Part shown: positions 35,711-50,405 of the stretch, one piece after another
Layout of the letters: every line of letters begins with the position of its first letter
Numbering within the stretch: the first letter of the stretch is position 1
NCBI GenBank assembly: GCA_002633005.1
Contig: NMRA01000108.1
Location: 823,855 to 887,854, forward strand
Reading direction: 5' to 3'
DNA: 64,000 bases
Source of the DNA: Phoronis australis
Taxonomy: Eukaryota > Animalia > Phoronida
Position numbers and translations under genes: made by a program
The notes under the pieces: model-generated
Told to the model about the DNA's origin: nothing
Seen by the model: only the letters and a program-made list of their open reading frames with translations
Databases searched by the model: none

Positions 35711-38700
35711 ATGCGTGGTCAGGGGAGACAAACCCGCGCACCATTCACGGTCAACGGTTTCATATTGCGTGTGCAGGAGAGACAGCTGAAAGTACCACCC
35801 TCCTTCAAGTCACCAGACCGCCTCCTTCCGGCAATTAACGCCAAACTGGTGAGACTTAGGAATGGAAACACGAAAAAGCAAGTCGAATCGAGACGCATTA
35901 ATGTGTCGTTTTCCCTTTATTGGCCATCACAGGACAACAGAAAGATGACACATGGAACAATAGAAAACACCTGTTCGTCTTATGAAAACGTTGCAGGGAT
36001 GGTTGTTTACATGAGCCATTCATAAGTCTTCACTACTCCCTTTCTCCCTCACTTGGATACTTGACAGGCCATTGTGGTCAAACAATAGGTTAAAATACAA
36101 GGCCAGTCAAAGGCAGACATGATAATACCAGTATAACATACAATTGGGTTTTCTCAAGACGATTTCAAATGCGATTAGGCTGATCCTGATGAATGAAAAA
36201 CATGGCTTGTACCAGAAAGGAGGTGAACAAAGGCGTGTAAAGAGAACCAAAAATGCTTTCACATCAGCAACATAAATGGGCCATTGTTGCGTATATTTAA
36301 AATTTCTAATTAAACACTCATAATAGTGGCACCGTAAACAAAAACAAGAGCTTTGCAAAGGTTTTGTGCACTGCACAAAAGAAACTTCAGTGTGGTGAAA
36401 TATTTCGAATTCAGGGGCGTGCGCCGTCGTTCAATATGCTATTGTATTCATCTAATATCACTGTGTATACCATTACAGTGATACAATGCAGCAATTAATT
36501 TGATGTTAACCTGGTCTATTAAGGTACTCAGAACACACACCTCAACAGGTACAAATTTACAAAATAAGGCTATTGAAAATAAATATAACAACATTCCGAC
36601 CCAGCTAAACAGCTATTGGAACTTTGCCGCTAAAACCTGCAAAATACCAGCAATTGAAGGAACGACTCTACAAGTGGCATGTATCCTAAAATAATGCTGC
36701 TAACTTTCAAATCTTCAAAATTTAACAGGGCTGAAAAGGAATTCCAAATCAATTTTCAAAACATTGCGGGTAGCCTGTGGATAAATTGAAACGGTTACGG
36801 TAAGATTTTGCGACTGACAAGTGAAATTAAATTTTACTATTTTTTCCATGTACCACATGCAGTACCAAACTAAATGACTTTCTACTATCAAACAAAGTTT
36901 TGAAAAAATTATGGGTATTCACAACAATATTCGAAGCCCTTGAAAAATGAAAAACAATATTTTTGGCAATTATTATTGTCCGACATTGGTGAGACAAACG
37001 GTGTAACAAATATCGAACAGTAAATCATTTTTCCTCATAACTATTCTTTACTGGTTCAGTTACAAAGAGGACACAATACCCTTTCTGATTTTCCAACACC
37101 ACATATTATGAGAGTAATGTGGTCTAGGGCTAGAACTTTCGCCTCCCAATTTAAATATCGCGCGTTTAAATCCCACCAGACCGACACTGCTAGAACCCTA
37201 ATTGCAGTGTTCCTAATATTGCATACAATCAATACATATTATGCGTAAATTTGCCGGTAATGGTCGGATATAACGTGCCCGCATTTTTAGAACCAGTTTT
37301 CTCCACTGAATAACAAGCATCAAACTGGTTCTCAAAATATGGGCACAGTGCATACAATTATTACCAATTAGGTGTTGACTAACATATGTAACGGATCCCC
37401 TATAAAAAAAATTCAAATATTATTTTCAATTTTTTACTACTTTAAGACTAGACAGTAACTAAATTTTGTGTAAAGCTTACTTTCAGAGGAGCACTGAGTC
37501 TCCCGAAAGCAAGCTTTTGAAAACACATGGATGTTCTAACCACGCTGCACACACCATGTCATATATTCCAATATTTCCTATCATCCATGTATAAGCGACC
37601 ACAAGACAATAACTCTAGTGGGATCAATATAATTAAAGAGACTAATTCAAACAGACTGGGTCATTATGAATGTGGCTGATAACCGATGAAAGAATACACC
37701 AGCATATGGTCCATAAAAACATGCATAGAATAAATATCAGAGGTTGAACAACCAGGAATTGCAATTAACAAGCTGTTGGTGCGGCGAGCTTCCTTAATGA
37801 CATTCAACCAGTTCAGTAGTAGGAAAATGGAACTCTGCAGAAGTACAATGGACTAGTCAGTTCAGCAGATATCCACTAGGTGACTACCTAACCTACCAAT
37901 AAGCCAAGAACAGTAAAAAAGCTCCATCAATGAGCAAATTAAACAAGCATTTGCAAATGCACAAATCTAAACCTGGAACTGACTACATACCACCTTGAAT
38001 ACTTCGAGTGTGCATCAGAAGCCACAACTCTGCGTCATTTTGTCTGCTAAGATCTACTCGCGCTTCGGGCATGACGCACTCGGCCATCTTCATTCATGGA
38101 ACAATGTGTTCACGTTTGCAACGAAACCCGAGAAAATCCTTAGAACATGCCCACAACAGAGGAATAGGGCGGTCTGAAACCATCCCATGGCCAAGGTGTA
38201 TTGAAATAGAATCTTATCTCGGCTCAAGTGTTGAACAGCACTGCCGAGCTGGTCAATATACCAATGGCAGCAAATTACAAAGTGATTTATAATGGGTGGC
38301 TATGAGTTTGATGTATACTTGGAGACTAAGTGGAAGTTAATTCAGTGGAAGTAGCATTTTAAGAATGGTTAATTTGACAAGCATGACAGAAGCATGGAGA
38401 GCGAGACTCGGCCAGATAATGACAACTGACAAAAACATTAATTCACATTAAAACGTTATTAGCTGGCTAAAATAAAAACTACGCCCCAAATAAAGACAAC
38501 CCCATGTAGACCACTACGCGGTTAGAAAGAATTGCTTTTTAATCAAGAGCGATGAAATTTTGGAATTATATGACCGTTGAATAACTAAAAAAATTCTCGC
38601 ATTCTGATTTCTCTAAGCCAGCAAAAAATAATAAACGAAGACTGGAATATGTTGAATTCACAAAACTGAGGAAGTGATGCTTCAAGACACTGCAGACAAA

Positions 38701-39956
38701 CAGCATCCAACCATGAGACCAGCATTTGCTGAGTGTACTCAGGCTTCTCCACATCCCACAATTAAAACAGGGCAGAAGTGCAATTGAGTATAGGAAAAGG
38801 GAGTTTAGGGGCCCACCAAAAACATTTTCACAAAATAAAGACTTTACCAGTCTTAACTTGTGTTACCATCTGACAATGTTTTGAGAGACTGTGGCCATTT
38901 ATAATGTTACGAGTCTTTGAAAATTGAAATAAGGACAATTTTGGCAATTGTCTTTTCCGAAGTTGGTGAAATTCTATCGTACAAATCTGCAACTCATCAA
39001 TGTAAAAATGTGCACAGGTGAATGCGAGATAAATGGAGAACTCCCAAGACCTCTGCTTTACCTAGACAGGTGCTTGATAGGAGAAAGGGTTATTCAGTTT
39101 TTCAAGTGCCTCTTGTAAAACTGTAATCAACGAAGAGTGGGGCTGAAACTGGCATGAGGACCTCGAAACACAGGGTTATATTCAACACGGGAAATCTCAT
39201 CAGCGGTTTACACAAACTTCTGACGCAAATCCACAGAAAGCCATGAATGACACTTTACGGGTGAATTCAAATGTTGGCAGTTAGACACCGAGAAGGAATT
39301 CGCAAAAACCTAGTCCATTGCTGACGTACAGAGTAAGTTATTCTGATAGATAAGAGCAGGCCACACACACATGCCAAACCTATATATTTTTATAACTGTT
39401 TTCCAACCAAAATGTCACTGAACGTAAACAAGAAATTAATCCCCAATCTCCAGCTACTTGAGTGTCCAACAACTGAGCCATAATCTACCATGGTGTGGTC
39501 ATGTTGGAGCCAACATTGCTAGTTTCAGGAAACCTCAGCGACATGAATCACTGAAGTCACCAAGTCCAAGAATCAACTAGGAAAACTTTACCTTTCTGTG
39601 TTCTATCTGACCTTTGACAGAACTATAGTCAAAAGCCAGAGTTAACATTTGTAGGTGACCACATAATGAAGTAAGCAGCTGGTCGCTACAACCTCAAAAT
39701 GTTAAGCAGTAAAACAAAAGGGAACACGAAATGGGTACAACTCAATTACAGGGGTCTCGCATTTTGACCGAAATTTCATGTGTAATTGACTAATAGATAA
39801 ACTAATTTCTTACAGATTTAAGCGTGATATTTGACTTAAGCTGAATATGCCAGTTCCAACACTTTGCTGCCAATGGTATTGCTGCTGACCGTCTTGACAA
39901 TGTTCAGCGACTGGCCTTATTGACGAAAAGTATGGCAAGAACCAACCTACCCTTAC

Positions 39957-40080
39957 CTAGACATTTGCGAGTTGGCAGATCACGATGTGACACAAAGCCG
40001 ACAGGACACAGAATGACCTTGACTTGTCGTGACCTAGTGTCCTTGGTGGTCAAGACCCACAATGCCTGTGTACAATTCAT
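39957..40080 (-). CDS. Candidate alternative first coding exon D (MNCTQALWVLTTKDTRSRQVKVILCPVGFVSHRDLPTRKCL-E)
   Basis: acgATG start, 41 codons + 1 nt, donor AG|gtaagg. Confidence 0.45.
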
Positions 40081-41453
40081 CGTTGGTCAGCGCAAGTTCT
40101 GTGCCAACAATACAGACAGAAGTCTACCTCTAACGACATTTAACAAACTCGTGCAACCTAGAGAGATATATCCGACTGTCTCTGTTTTAGTGCAATAAAG
40201 AGGCAAACAGCTCCTGGTGCAACTGTGCATGAAAGTCAAAACTTCTAAATCTTGGGAAAACTCTTATAGCTTGTCATTCTGACAATGGTATGCAATTCAC
40301 GATTTGCACGACTTCGACAGTCCGTAGTCATAAAGGTTCATCTTCGCCATTTTGGAAATACAAGAACTGTGCTCCTTTTCAATCTGGCACAAATTTTCCA
40401 ATTCAACTCAACTTAAAGCTGGTACAAATACAGTGAAATGATCTTCTGCCAACTCCAGCGCATATGACAATATTCCACAGGGCAAGCATGTTCCTCATAA
40501 TTAGATCAGTTTCGATGACCTTTGGGGTCAGCAGCTGCCTTTGCAGTTCTGTGTCCAAAATGTCAAACTTAAATCAAGTTAGTCTGCAGAATTTTAAAAA
40601 TCCCAGAACTCTTTCGTCAATTTTTTTGCTTTTGGCACGAGTTTTGCCTGGCAGCCAGAGACTGTAGATAGTTGCTTGAAACGCACTTCTTCCAGAATTG
40701 TGGGAACATTGCGAAAGGCAAAACACACTGTTTAAATTGGCATCATCAAAATTAGACATTTGACGGGGAGAGGAACAGGGCAACAAAACTACTATCATGC
40801 CTTGTATATTTTTTTAACTTAACCGTATCACTAATCTCACCAAATTAGCTCAGCAGTCCTAGATTTTTGCTGCTGCAAAAATAGCAGAATGAATATTGCA
40901 GGCGCAAATCTTAACAGTTTGTAGTATTGAATTGCTAATTTACGCAGTAACCAGACAATTGTGAAAATGGTGGCAAATGCGAGACAGGTGTCAGCACTCC
41001 TAATTGAACAAATTCTGGCTGCACAAAAGATCTGTACACAAGATGGTGGTTGGACCAGAATAAAATAGGCTTTCATATTCTAAGGCAGGAAGGAGCAAGT
41101 TGGTAACTTACAAACTAGAAAGAAAAATGCCAACAATAATGAAGTTCACGGAAAATTACTTCATCTGTCAACTAACCAAGAAGTCGTGAAGCGATGATTC
41201 TATTTTCAAACTGGAAAAACTTACTGTTTTATAATTTATCAAAGTATTATTAATAAAAGCACTTGTAAATTTTAATCTAACCCTACGTTGAAAATGCCAA
41301 TTGAGAAACATGAATAATCTGGCTTCAATATTTTGTAGCTATCTTCCAAACAATTTTAGAAGCAAGATTTGGGAACACAAAGCTGATCAAATTGCAAAAA
41401 GCAAAATGACACAATCCATAATTAAAAACCCAGAACAGAAACGCCTCACTTAC

Positions 41454-41544
41454 CCATTACTGTGAACTTCCTGCTCAAACTAGGACAAAACGTTATGCAA
41501 TCCAACAGTTTTATGTCGAAAAGAGCACCTTTAAGGTGATACAT
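41454..41544 (-). CDS. Candidate alternative first coding exon C (MYHLKGALFDIKLLDCITFCPSLSRKFTVM-E)
   Basis: aaaATG start, 30 codons + 1 nt, donor G|gtaagt. Confidence 0.5.
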
Positions 41545-44500
41545 TTTGCTTTGTTGGTCCTCCCCGCAAATGCAAAGGTCCTCTTTCTGAGCCACCACCA
41601 CCAGGTCTACCAACCCGACACAGACCCTCGGTCCTTTTGGCAACTAATAAAATCACACTCTGCACTAATTATCATACACGATCCTGACACCAGTGGATGT
41701 CCACAATCGAATCCTTGGCTTGGTTCAGCAGACAAATAAACGTTCAAACAACAAGGCATTGCCTTTCAGATGAGACTGCAGTTTTAGAATGCACGGGTCC
41801 TAGCTAGGATGCATGTTTCAAAAGTAGCTGTCAACTCTTCCGTGCTCAAAACAAAAGTGACATTAAAATAATAAAAAATGTCATAAACTAGAGTAGTTGG
41901 CAACTGTAACAGCTAACACCAGCTCGTCAAATATCTTCAGACCCCGTGAAGTCCGTGTCTACATGACATTCAGCATGTGGACTAGTGAAACTCTTTATCA
42001 CTCCAAGGATTTTTTCTTGGGAATATCTGCCTGTAGAGCACTTCAAATTCCACGTCCAACCCGGGACAAAAATAGTTGTTGCCCAACACAGAAACACTAA
42101 ATTCTGGGAGTTGTAAGGTAACCGGCACTCTTAGCAGATCTGATGACTCATCCAGACCTAAGCTGATACAAGATAAGGCACTAATAGAGGCACAACGGGT
42201 GCAGAGTCGTGGAACTTCAAAAATTCAACATCCTATCAGGCAGTCTTAATGCTACATATCGATAGACTTCAAATGCCTACGTCACTAAACACGCCTATTA
42301 ACCAGAGATTATTTTTAGCGGAACAGCACAAATATTCGGTGAAAAAATCCACCTTCTCCCTGACAGCTGCTATGGAGATGCAACGCCTGTTGTGCTATGC
42401 ACTTGTCCCTGTTTCCTACAGTGGGTCTGAATGGGCTACAACCCTTTTGCATTGGGATTAGCTCACCAGCAATGATCACAGAACAGAGAGTCAACAATAA
42501 ACGGGCCAGGCCATTCAGCCAACAGGGGGGTCCACTGCAACTACCTGTTCTTGCTTACGTGTGTCTTGTGACCAGTCCATTGCACAAGTCCAGTTGGTTG
42601 TTTGCAGAAAAAACAAGAAACACAACAGCGCATTTAGCCAGCATACCGCAGTGGTCAATGTTTATTTAACTTGCAAATGCCTCCAATCTCAACTGTGGAC
42701 TGTATATGGTAAATGGCCTGCAGTGGAGGTCTTACACCCCCATGAAAATGCGATCTGGCTCAAATTCGCAGGTTGTCCATAAACTTTTGAAATTTCTGTT
42801 GACTCAATGTTCTGGTGAGAGGCCTGGTCAAATATTTGATGACAACCAGGAATGCAGTGTTAAAGCTGAAGTTCAGACTGTCCATCCCTCTAAGTGTTGG
42901 CATAGTGAAAGTTAATACTAGCAAGAATGTGCAATTTAGCGGGGTGATCATAGCAGGATTAGCGTACTAAGAATGGTGCCACAATGAAGGTCCTCTTGTA
43001 ACACACATGTTAAGCACAAGAAACACATGTTAGAGGTGTTGCAGGAAACAATAGTTAGCAAAATTAACAAATTCCTGCCCGTGAACGCAGACGCTTAGAC
43101 TTTGGTAATACCAGGTGGCGCTTCATACTTGTCAAACTTCACTTACAAGGTACAAGACAAAAGTAATCCAACAAAACACTGTTTCCCTCCACCATGATGA
43201 CTAATTCCGTAAACAACAACGACTGTTTATGACAAATGAGGAGGCAAGATTCTTAAAATTGAATGGTTGGGACCTTCTTACTAACTTTCCTGTTAATTCC
43301 TGGTCATTCTTGGTCATTCCTGGTCATGAGAGAAGACTGCTCTAACAATGAAATCTGCATCTAGCCAGCCATCATGATGGAGAACTTTAGGTAATTTTTT
43401 CTAACTACTTTTGCATTGTACTATAAATTCCCGTGTTTGGTTATGCTCAATTTGCATCAAGCGATTTTTAAGTTAATTAAGTTTTAATGTCTTTGGCATT
43501 ACCCTCACAGGATCCCATTAATTGCCTTGAAGAGTGGTGTATAGTTGATATTCAACATTTGACTTTTTATATTTTACTTATCTTCAGACCCAAATGTAGT
43601 TCTTCCAAAATGTTCACTTATAGATGCACAGCTGAGTATTAAGTTACATGCACCCCATAGGAACCAAAATCACCCGGGAATGCAAACAAACTTGAATAGC
43701 ATGCATGTAGACATTTTATTGAGTCATTTCTTTTGCCTATTTTCTAATAGATGCCACATTTTTTAAACCCACCAAATGAAAGTTAACGGATAACCTAATA
43801 AAATGCCAACTCAACTGATAACCTAGGGCCACATTACCTGTAAAATGAACACTTGACCTGATTAGCTTAACTTCAAAATACAACAAGATGAGAATTGCAC
43901 CACGCAAGAATTTCACCATGCAGCTAAGTGAGAAAATCTACAGGGAAATACAAGAAATATGCCAGAATGACATTAATACCAAAAACTGACTCAAATTCAT
44001 TATCATACCAACCGCTGTTTGAAGACTCAACAGCAATGAGTCACTTCCCACATGCCAGTGGTAGAAACAGTACCTATGTTTATTGGGCCTGAAATTTACT
44101 GTTTGAGGAGACTGAATGTTGTTTCTATTCCTGGACATTCAGAGGACCAGAGGCCAGTATGTTAACACAGTTGCACATCCTAACAAGCAGTCCAAACAGC
44201 TTTGTTTAATGGCAGAACAAACACCAGCAATCATGTATAAACATTCCAACAATTAACAGCTGGCAACTAATTGGTCAGCCCGGAGAGTTCACCTTCAGGG
44301 TGGCAAACCACAGAGCACGGCACAGCATGAAGCAGACGGGACATGGAGTAGACTTGAACAACAGCCACAGTGAACCCCAAGGCCACTGCTGCCAAAACAT
44401 CCACATGGGAGCCCTAAAGTTGTTCGAATAAATTACTGATCATGTAGAATACAGAAGAATTAAGAATGTCAAAAATCAAAGCACACATAATTAATTTCCT

Positions 44501-46062
44501 TGACATTTTCCTCCATCATAAGAAGAATCCAAGAATTTCACCAAGATTCAGCAACTTGCTATATTCCTCAAGATAAGAAGCGAGGTGGATATTCCTACCA
44601 CTTCCCTTAACATCCTGGTGCTAACCTGTTACTGCCCAGCTGGAATTCACCTGAGATTTGTAAGACCTCATGCTGGTATTACGCAACAAGATAGACATTT
44701 CCACTTCCCTTACTCAATTACAATTCCTGCTCTTACCAATTACAAATCCTGCTTGCACATTGTATATAACTAACTATGGTAACTCCTCAAACTGGACATA
44801 CTATTTCAGACAGTTGGCTGTGCGGACAAATTAGGAATAACACACTGGCGTTGTGAGATCAAAACAGCATCTGACCCTGAGTTCCTAATGCTGGTGTCCA
44901 GGATGAGAGAAGTTGAGAGAGATGAAATGCAAGTTTCTTTCACACAGAGACATTGTGCAACACCGGACAATTTTGAGCCAGTATGATGGCACGATGGCCA
45001 AATAGAATTTATAAAATGCAGGGAAATCTCGCTGTCCATCAACTAACTATTGCTGCTATATCAAAAAATGACTATAGCAATATTTTCTTAAATAGCACTG
45101 ACAATCCCCACCGACTGAACACCATTGGTCAGGGTCTTCAATGGCTCAATTTTGGGGCCAAATATCAGCCCCATTCCGCACTGAAAAATATTTCAAGATC
45201 ACACAGAATTACTGTCATCAAACCAAAAAATTACCCATTATACCCTTTAAGATAAGGATCTTTCACAGACATGACTTAAAAGCGCCAAAAGTGTGAACAC
45301 AATAAGGGTTAGTTTGTCGCAACTGCAGGGGTGGTCACCTTGAGTAATTCAGGTGCGTCCAGGACTCACTTCTTGCTGACCAAAGCGAAGCTACCGTACT
45401 GATAACCAGAGGGCGGATGGAATTTTCCCTCAACCGAAAAATTCACATCTCAGAAGGAAACAGGTCTCAGGTGAGCAAGGGACCTGCTTTTCACAGATAC
45501 GCTTGGCACTATAAAAAATTGTTATCTACTGACCACAAAGAAGATGGCTCAAATGGCACTTGATAAGCATCAATTCCTGGAGATCACACAGCTCATCTGG
45601 CTCCAAGTCTTCCATTCTTTTCTGTTCTCACAGCTGGCTGACAGCCGTCCAGGATTTTACCCAGCAGGAAGGACAACAGTTACAAGCCTCGGCAATTCCT
45701 GCTTAGGCACAAAAAAGCTCCGCCATGATTAAACTCGCACTGTTGGTCTGGTTTACAGTTAGGCTGGGGGCAGCAAGCACGAAGTTCCATCCATGTTTTC
45801 TCTGTTTATTTTCTTATCTCAACACAAGACACTGACAGGGATTGATAGAATACACATAAGCCACTCAAAAAAGTAAGTGAGGTCAAGCTACTCCACAGGA
45901 ACCAATCAGTAGCCTCAACTAGTCATCAACAGCCAATCAACAACTGAACAACCACACTGATCACACAGGAAGTGTGTTGTGAATAATTAATTTGACTTTT
46001 GACATTTTTGCAGGAGGCTAATGGACTATACCTAAGTCAGTAATGCAATCTTTTTCGGACAT

Positions 46063-46108
46063 AACTGTGACTAGGCAACTGTGATTAGGCAACTGTGACT
46101 AGGCAACT
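46063..46108. repeat. 14-bp tandem repeat x3
   Basis: aactgtgaYtaggc x3. Confidence 0.85.
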
Positions 46109-46862
46109 AACTGAATAAGCAAGACAAATACACGACACTGACTTAACTGAAATATTGTACAATTAGAAACTCCAGTTTAAGCAGAACGATGGAAATTAAT
46201 TCAACAAAGAGTTGTTAATGAGATTTCTTGGGTTGTACGTCACGCAAAGCTTTCCCACGTTACCACTGCTATGGAGGCAAATAGAAAACTTTAAAATAGC
46301 TCGATTAACTTCATTTCAACCACATGTTAAAACAGGGTCCAATTAAAAATGCTTCAGCAACAGGTCAACTTCTTGCTGAATTACCAAACAAGGCCTAATC
46401 CTGAGGAAATGTTTCTCTCAATTAAGACATCGGAGACAATGTGACAAGTTACTTACAGCGGTGTCGGGATGCAGTGTGCTAGATTTTCGTAAAACAACAG
46501 CCGCGGTAGCAAAGCCAATTGGAGCCAATTACCGTGACGAGTTTTTTGCAATATCTAGACGAACCAAACAGAACTAGCAGACAGAAAACCACTCAGCTGA
46601 ATTACTAAGTTGTTACTCACATATTCGATGTAGAAATTCATAGTTGATGACTGTGTGAATTCAGTTTTACAAGAGTAGTGATAAACACAAGCTACAGTGG
46701 TAAAGGTCACTTTACATGGGTTCCGGATTTTGTGAACCAGTTTGATGCCCAATATTCAGTGAAGAAAACTGGTTCTCAGTTCACCCAGAGAGTGACTTGC
46801 CACTACCGTACTTCTCCATTCTGTTGGCCTCAAACTTAGCCCATGCTCAAGAGAAAACCTGA

Positions 46863-47203
46863 TAAGGCCAAAACCGTATAACGAAATTGGTTTTGGTATC
46901 TTGTTTTTTTAACTTGATTTGGTGGAGCCATCTTTTTTGTAGTTGCTCACTTTGTCAAAATGAAAAATCCATCGGAGTAGAGTAAAATTGACATGATTTT
47001 TTTACTCATCATCGTCTAGAAAATTCTATCTTTTCAAACCTTGTAAACCCTAGTTTACATGCCTCTGTGCAGCTTTTTCAAAAAAATTACCAAACCTTGG
47101 CAAAGACTGATACAGGTGGTAGCTATTTCAGCTGGTGAGCACAGGCCTTAATATGAGTTTGGGGGAGGTAAAGACCAGAATCAACTTGCTTTTTTGGCCT
47201 TAA
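46863..47203. mobile_element. Degenerate MITE-like dispersed repeat (copy 2)
   Basis: Ends TAAGGCCAAAA ... TTTTTGGCCTTAA; colinear similarity to 6250-6483. Confidence 0.6.
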
Positions 47204-48224
47204 AAAACAGTAGCCACTTATCAGCCTTATCAATTACTCCAACAAATCTGTAAAATAAACAAACAAGGTAATCCACCTTATAATTTGCTCTTTGACCTAT
47301 AAACACTGAGTTGCAGTTTACAAAGCCAGTTTTTCAAGTGACAAACAGATTGACGATTTATTTATCAACAAACAAGCCCAAGTCTCACAGGAAACCTAAA
47401 CAAATGTGAAGTGTTCTTTGGCAGTTACCAAGGGTCAAGTAATCGAAATTAATTACCAACTAAACTGAGGAAATCAAACATCAATAACCAACTACAAAAT
47501 TAAATGCTATTTCCATAGTTATATAAAACAACATGATATATATATAATCACTTTTCCGTTAGGAAACCGAATAACGATAATGATTTTCAAAATTACATGG
47601 TATTTCCACTCTTGGGCAAGAATTCAACTTCTTCTCAAGTTCGGTAACAAAAACAATTTTAACAAGAAATTGCAACCACGCATCTAGAAAGCGTCCATTG
47701 ACTGCCAGGAAATATCGTGCACTTTTCTGTAGGGTAAATTTGACCAGGCCACTTAGTCCTACAACAGAAGGAATGTCATCCACCCAAGATTAGGTCAAGT
47801 GGGGAAAGTCTTTCAAGATGGTCTGTTCTATTACACAACTGGTGGTCAGAATTATGACACCTAGGACACCTCCAACTGGGTGGCACAGGCATCAGAAAAT
47901 AAAAGCACACACAAAAATGTCACACTCATCCGGAACACAGGTTGGATTCCTCCCAGAAGACCTCTGCGCCATTTCAACACAGTTAGTCAGACCGACCACA
48001 TAGCTAGTGGCGTGAAAAAATTAAGGTAATTTACTAATGCAAAAACAATATGACAAATGTTGAAGACCCATCTGTGGTGTGCATGGCTGCATCTATGTGA
48101 CTTGAGTGTACAGAAAAAACACATTAATCACTGTAAAAATTCCAACTGTCCCCCTGGTCCGACAAGAACTTATCCCACATTCTGACTAAAAGAGGTCACC
48201 ATTGCAAATTACTAATATTGACAA

Positions 48225-48285
48225 AGAACAAGTCATTATTAGCAACACAGAACAAGTCATTATTAGCAACACCGAACAACTCATT
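48225..48285. repeat. 24-bp tandem repeat x2.5
   Basis: agaacaagtcattattagcaacac. Confidence 0.85.
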
Positions 48286-48290
48286 CCTAC

Positions 48291-48347
48291 CTTTCTGGAT
48301 TCTTATCCCGGGGATGCACATGTGAGAGTTTTGAGTAAAACCTAAGA
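48291..48347 (-). CDS. Candidate 57-nt symmetric cassette exon, or short first exon (ATG at 48321: MCIPGIRIQK-E)
   Basis: Acceptor ctatttttcag|, open phase 1-1 frame, donor AAG|gtagga. Confidence 0.3.
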
Positions 48348-50335
48348 CTGAAAAATAGACGACAGCAAACAGTTTTCAACAGTTCCGTGCGACCTACGAT
48401 TTCAAAAATTGGTACCAGCCCAAAACATGTCAATCTGAACAGGCTGGACAGACAGAACCTGTCTTTCATTGTAAAAATCATTTCGTTCAATTTGCAACTC
48501 CCCTGGCCACATGCTTTAGTCATTAGCTGGCAGCCACTGGCTGGTAATCAGTTAAACAGTAATGTCTGTGGCCCACTGGCTGGTAAATGAATTCATGTGG
48601 ACAGCTAAAGAACAGGAATAGAGTACATGTAGTCACTAGGACAAAATATCGACACCAAAAATATTGCCAGAGAGGAATACTGAATACTGCGCTAGCACCT
48701 ACGAGCCAAAACAATTAATGCGTCGGTGATCTTAAAATGATGATGTCAGCAAATTCAAGAACACATTTGTATTATGTAGGATCTCGTTGCGATTTCTGTG
48801 TATTTAGCCAATATCTACAAAACCATAGATTTTCACTTGGTGAAAGTATACATTATCTGAAAGTAGAAAGCCTGTAGAAGACTTTTAAACTTTTACCAAT
48901 CGGTCGTAACAGAGTGCTGGAGTACAGTACATAAAGCATAGTTTCTGAAAGCTTTGTGTGAATCTGACCGCTATTTCATTACGCACAGTCTCGAGCCCCA
49001 TTGAATCGAACCCGTCAGCTCTGCCATAACCCAGAAATCATTTACGGTAGAATGTCACCAATTTAGGACACAATATGGCCGACAAGTGAAATTTTATATT
49101 TTCATTTTTCAAATAAAAGATAAGTAACACCAAAGAGATGCTATACCATCTTAAATGTCTATGCCATAGCTACCTTCTGGCAATGTTTCCAGCCACTGTG
49201 GACATTCAAAACAATATCTGAAGAGCTTGAAAATGAAGAAAGACCAATTTTGGCATTTGTTTTTTTTAGTAAGGAACAAGCAGACACTAATTTTATAGCG
49301 AAAATGATCTAAATAAAAAATACATTTAATGTGTTTGCCAATTTAACAAAAATATCGACAAAGGTTTCATGACATTAGCACCATTAAGTCATGATAAACT
49401 TTTGTCCAGCAAGTGTGTAAAAACATAAAAAGGTCAACAGGTGTTATCTGAAAATCGTATGAAATTGGCAGAAAGTTATTACATTTCAGGTTTACATGAA
49501 GATGCATGTCAAGGTGAGAGTGACAAATGTAGTTTTCATTTTCATTGCGCTAACATAAAAAAGCTGGTTAAAATTTCATACTTTTAATTCTATGTTCAAA
49601 TACTGTAGGAAAGTAAAACGCCATACTTCTTTCCTAGAAACTGTCAGAAGAGCCGAGCAAGGGCATAAGATGGAGTGATTAAACTCATTTTCCCACATCA
49701 TTAAACCCATTAAAACCTATCTGAATGACTGCCAAACTTTAACATCAGGTTTTACTTGCCAAAATTGTTCAACTTTATAATTAATCCAGTTCAAAAGTTG
49801 TATGACAAAAATGTAAACAGTGATGACTGAAAAAAATGGTTCCCGCCTAGATTAGAAGTCCTCAATGAGGGATGATACTTGGTTTTCATTATGATAAAGA
49901 CTGTGTATCAAAGCAGTGCAGACAAAAATATACTCAGCATTTAAACAGTGCTTAATTGCTAAATGTCATTAACCGTATTAGAACCAGATGTAGCCAAATG
50001 TAAACCTAAGAGCTCGCCAGGTTGGGCAAGTTCAAACAGAAAAGCAGCTGAAATGGGGCATTTGCCAACAGGCTTACTTCATCCATCTGCTATTACATCA
50101 GCACAATCTCACCTGCCACTCTCAACTTTGAAAAGATGAGACAGGCTAAACTGTGTCTATCAACAAGCATTTTTTGAAATAACCTTCTTCAGTGACTTCA
50201 TTGAAATGTTAAGCTATGAAAATATGATAAACGTCGAATTTAAGATGACCAAGACATCCCACAATATACAGACAAATTTTTAATAAATGCCATGAATTGT
50301 CCAAAAGATTGTCTATGTTTCTGGACCGCACTTAC

Positions 50336-50405
50336 CATTTCTGTAACAACATTGTAATTCAATATGTTGACTCCTTCCAACACAATGGGACATGGAGCAA
50401 CCCAT
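50336..50405 (-). CDS. Candidate alternative first coding exon B (MGCSMSHCVGRSQHIELQCCYRN-E)
   Basis: gtgATGg start, 23 codons + 1 nt, donor G|gtaagt; MGCxxS acylation motif; YY1-like AAATGGCGGC at 50846-50837 upstream. Confidence 0.65.

Noticed and set aside
43147-43195. ATG mini-exon MVEGNSVLLDYFCLVP with a gtaagt donor in phase 1
   Set aside because: Splicing to the SAM exon makes T+AG = stop.
46621-46641. ATG mini-exon MNFYIEY|gtgagt (similar cases near 39592, 33890, 60954)
   Set aside because: Phase 0, incompatible with the phase-1 SAM exon; shows the background rate of such look-alikes.
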